Source of the DNA: a virus
Length of the DNA: 64,000 bases
Direction: 5' to 3' (one strand)
Virus record (IMG/VR): IMGVR_UViG_3300045988_069781
Coordinates: 32,770-96,769 of that record
Under the pieces are notes generated by a model that worked only from the letters and a program-made list of their open reading frames with translations, did no database searches and was not told where the DNA came from. Made by a program: the position numbers and the translations under genes. Shown in pieces: positions 60,940 through 64,000 of this stretch; position 1 is the stretch's first letter, and every line of letters begins with the position of its first letter.

Positions 60940-63900
60940 TTATCCATTAAACCCAGGCTCTAACGCCAAAAATTCATCTTTTGTTTTAACTACGATCTTA
61001 CCATAAAAACCTAACCGCGAACCGATAGCCGAATGCGAATACGAGGAAGCACAATAAGCATACGAACAGAAGACCCCGCAAACAGACCCAGAGTCCGAAT
61101 AACCCGACCGCGCAAAAACTCTGTTATCTGTATTATGATAGTAATAGTCTGCATAATATGTAGTATCTGATCCTCCTGTAGTGTTGCTTGGCATAACATC
61201 AGCGTATTCTCCGTGAGTAATGCCAACAATCCAACCATTAGAAGAGGAAGCAGTAGTATTAGATTCATCAGGGCCAACAATTTGTCTTACGTTTGTATAT
61301 CCTGCAGATGTTAAACCTGAAATATCGGTATTTACTTTAAGACCTCCATCGTACACTATCCATTTTCTAGCAATAACATTGATCCCTTGTACGAATTCAA
61401 ATTTACCATAGTAACAATCCTCAAGACCTAAGAAATTACTACTATTATTAAACGTTCCATCCCTATTACCTAACGGTATTGTGTTACCTGTCACACTACT
61501 CCAAGAACGTGTACCACCAGAACAGGGTATACTACCATTATCTGTACTTATATTAGTATTACCATATTTAGCACAGAATAAATTAGCAATAGTTTTATGG
61601 GCTCTGTAATCAATTAATCCCCAGTTACTCCCATTAGCTTGTGCTTGATTGAAAAAAGTTTCTATAGTTTGGTCTCCTGTACTAACAGATGATTTCCTAC
61701 TGGTTAATTTGCCATCACTATTATATGCTTCAAACACACCAATTAAACATTCTCTCTCCTCTTTATAATTCTCATTAATCTTTTTTTCAGATATATATAA
61801 TTTATATTTGTTTACTGCTGCACCAGAGTTATCCATTCTATAATAATACTTAGGGAAATGAACCATATAATATACATAATGGTAAGCTCCAGTAGGTTCA
61901 ACAGTAGAACCATCTTCCCATTTATTACTATCTGTTGAACCAAGATAAGCAATAGCAGCAGAACCATCATTCTGAGGTAATGCTAAACATCTTTTAAATT
62001 TACTAGTAAGGTTAGTAATGATATCTAAATTACCACCTCTTTCTAGTGTGGTGGTACTTGTGGTTTCGTCAAATTGGACCCACATAGCGTGTGTTTCTTC
62101 ATTGATCTGTTCCCAATCAAGAGTGACCTCTTTCACATCATTCAAACTACTTATTTGAATAGTTTGAATCTCTGGAGTTATGTATCCTGCTATGGGTTTA
62201 GGTTCAATAGTCCAAGTTTCAGTAGTTGGTAATATAAATGTATTTTCATCAGTATCCCTTGTAACCAAAGTGTAGGTACTTTCCTTTGGTACAGTATTAG
62301 AATACACATATACGTCTGCTAAACCGCTAATATCTTTTGCTAATTTTATTTTCAATTTAGCTCCTCGATACATTAATGTTTTTTCTTCAGCTACTCCATT
62401 TGCTGTAGAAGTTATAGAATCTGGTGTGACCCATTTCCTAAAATTAGGAGAACTAAAAACAGATACTTCAGTACCCTCAATAGTATATTGAGCACCAGTT
62501 GGAATTTTTACAGTATAGGTACGATTACCAGAAAGTGTTTTAGTTACATAACCTGATAACTTTACATCAACCTTATTAGAAAGTAATTCAGGATGATTGC
62601 TAGTAACATTAATTGTTACAATTGTGGTATTATAAGTTAATGTTATAATCCTAATATTACCTGCTTCTGCAATAAATGTTTGAGATTGTGGTTTAGCATA
62701 ATCAGTTACATCACTACAAGTAATAGTATATGTAGTATTTACTGGAATTGTGGCAGTAAGTTCAGTTCCTTCCCATGTAAGTACTTTAGAAGTTTCATCA
62801 TAAGCTATAGTAATAGTAACACCATTAATGTTAGAATCTGATAACTGATTACTTGCAACAGTTATTTTAACAGTTTCATCTTTAGGTGCTGCTTCTACTT
62901 CTACCCATGTTCCATTCTGTCTAGCATACTGTTTACCATCTTTAGGTGCTTCTGTAACTACTAATTCATCAAAAGTATTGTCTGATAAGTCAACCCATAT
63001 TTCTTGTTCGCCATCAGGTTGTGTACCTTCGCTTATATATACTTCATCAGATATATCTGTTTTTAAAGCATACTCGTTGCCATGTTTACCATCAAGTAAA
63101 TCGGCATCTAAACCACTACCAACTCCATCCACTGTCTTTACTTTGGATAATACATCTGTAGCAGTATATGCAGAAGAATCTAATTTTGTATTAACCTGAG
63201 TAGTAGTAGCATAACCTTTTGCAGTTAATTCAGTTTCAGTTACATATTCTTCAGGTACTGAAGTAAGATAATTGCCTTTTGGTTGATACGTACTAGCTGC
63301 ATCAGTCTTAGTTAAATACCCACTAAGATCTACTGTTTCACTTAATTTATCCCAATCTGGAGTAGTTGAAGTAGCTACATAATTAGCCCCTGTATCTTCA
63401 AGATTATACACATCACCGATACTTACATCTTCGGTAGGTAAGGCACTATAATTAGCTACAGAACCTTTTACTCTATATACTGAACCTACAGCAGTATTAA
63501 TCTTTTGATCTACCTGTTCCTCAGTAATGATAGTAGGTTTATTAAGTATTTGCGCATCTCCGGATTCAGCATTCCAATCAGCATTGACGTTTACTTCAGC
63601 CCCTGCGGCAATACCAGCTAATTTAGTTTTATCTTCATCAGTATAATCATTTGTGCTTAATTGTTTACCGGATACTTTGTCTACTTTGGTATTTAATTTA
63701 CTATCTACATAAGTCTTATCAGCTTTACCAGAGATTTGTTCGGTAACGTCTACTGCTGCCACAGTATCATCTACATACTTCTTAGTGGCAGGATGATAAT
63801 CTGCAGTAGGTGTATATGTACTAGTATTGCTTTTAGATATATATCTACTGTCGTGATTGTGACTAGTAATGTCCCCAGTAAGTACAGCTTCTACATTCTG

Positions 63901-64000
63901 TTTAGTTACAGAAGCATCACTACCTGGGTCTCCTTTCTCTCCTTTTTCACCAGGATCACCTTTATCTCCTTTAGGTCCAGTTTCACCTTTATCTCCTTTT
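60940..64000 (-). CDS. DGR target: fibre protein with collagen-like N-terminal region and C-terminal variable domain (partial, runs off the window)
   Basis: The track start (GTG 63762) is internal. The frame stays open to position 64000 and there encodes Gly-X-Y repeats (KGDKGETGPKGDKGDPGEKGEKGDPG). It also carries the SGKQLSTNDYTDEDKTKLAGI fibre motif. The C-terminus YYADYYYHN...VR...GFYGKIVV fits CLec-type DGR targets. Confidence 0.85.
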   Translation of the reverse strand, partial: KGDKGETGPKGDKGDPGEKGEKGDPGSDASVTKQNVEAVLTGDITSHNHDSRYISKSNTSTYTPTADYHPATKKYVDDTVAAVDVTEQISGKADKTYVDSKLNTKVDKVSGKQLSTNDYTDEDKTKLAGIAAGAEVNVNADWNAESGDAQILNKPTIITEEQVDQKINTAVGSVYRVKGSVANYSALPTEDVSIGDVYNLEDTGANYVATSTTPDWDKLSETVDLSGYLTKTDAASTYQPKGNYLTSVPEEYVTETELTAKGYATTTQVNTKLDSSAYTATDVLSKVKTVDGVGSGLDADLLDGKHGNEYALKTDISDEVYISEGTQPDGEQEIWVDLSDNTFDELVVTEAPKDGKQYARQNGTWVEVEAAPKDETVKITVASNQLSDSNINGVTITIAYDETSKVLTWEGTELTATIPVNTTYTITCSDVTDYAKPQSQTFIAEAGNIRIITLTYNTTIVTINVTSNHPELLSNKVDVKLSGYVTKTLSGNRTYTVKIPTGAQYTIEGTEVSVFSSPNFRKWVTPDSITSTANGVAEEKTLMYRGAKLKIKLAKDISGLADVYVYSNTVPKESTYTLVTRDTDENTFILPTTETWTIEPKPIAGYITPEIQTIQISSLNDVKEVTLDWEQINEETHAMWVQFDETTSTTTLERGGNLDIITNLTSKFKRCLALPQNDGSAAIAYLGSTDSNKWEDGSTVEPTGAYHYVYYMVHFPKYYYRMDNSGAAVNKYKLYISEKKINENYKEERECLIGVFEAYNSDGKLTSRKSSVSTGDQTIETFFNQAQANGSNWGLIDYRAHKTIANLFCAKYGNTNISTDNGSIPCSGGTRSWSSVTGNTIPLGNRDGTFNNSSNFLGLEDCYYGKFEFVQGINVIARKWIVYDGGLKVNTDISGLTSAGYTNVRQIVGPDESNTTASSSNGWIVGITHGEYADVMPSNTTGGSDTTYYADYYYHNTDNRVFARSGYSDSGSVCGVFCSYAYCASSYSHSAIGSRLGFYGKIVVKTKDEFLALEPGFNG
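61006..61110 (-). repeat. DGR variable repeat (VR)
   Basis: Gap-free alignment to the TR at an offset of 248 nt. There are 27 mismatches, 26 of them opposite TR adenines. It encodes RSGYSDSGSVCGVFCSYAYCASSYSHSAIGSRLGF near the C-terminus of the fibre gene. Confidence 0.9.

Noticed and set aside
1-64000. CRISPR arrays, rRNA genes, integrase or transposase genes
   Set aside because: No regularly spaced direct repeats with unique spacers, no rRNA-like conserved segments, and no recombinase motifs were seen in the ORF translations.

Overview
This window is AT-rich phage DNA whose gene content and layout match a crAss-like (Crassvirales-type) Bacteroidota podophage; that assignment is inference from gene content, no search was run. 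Positions 1-23.7 kb (+ strand) carry an early/replication block. It contains an ECF-type sigma factor, family B DNA polymerase, DnaB-like helicase, RecA-fold ATPase, SSB-like protein, DnaG-like primase, two metallophosphoesterases and two PD-(D/E)XK nucleases, broken up by ORF-free RNA-rich islands. Positions 23.7-64 kb (- strand) carry giant virion proteins, tail and fibre genes, and a small lysis cassette. The two blocks converge on a shared hairpin terminator near 23.7 kb. Four hand-derived observations stand out. (1) A complete diversity-generating retroelement (DGR) at 59.6-61.1 kb: RT, 105-nt TR, and a 105-nt VR at the C-terminus of a fibre gene, with 26 of 27 mismatches at TR adenines. 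(2) A 276-nt group I-like intron at 32120-32395 sits inside the DxDxD catalytic motif of the giant virion RNA polymerase. Splicing would fuse the 3141-aa and about 1408-aa ORFs into one 4549-aa protein. (3) A circularly permuted (two-piece type) tmRNA-like gene at about 2168-2465. (4) A 2.4-kb ORF-free, GC-enriched, hairpin-dense island at about 7035-9400, which is a candidate giant structured RNA. There are also one canonical tRNA, several tRNA-like modules with aberrant bodies, and a repeat/hairpin array at 1.35-1.66 kb. No CRISPR array, integrase or rRNA was seen.
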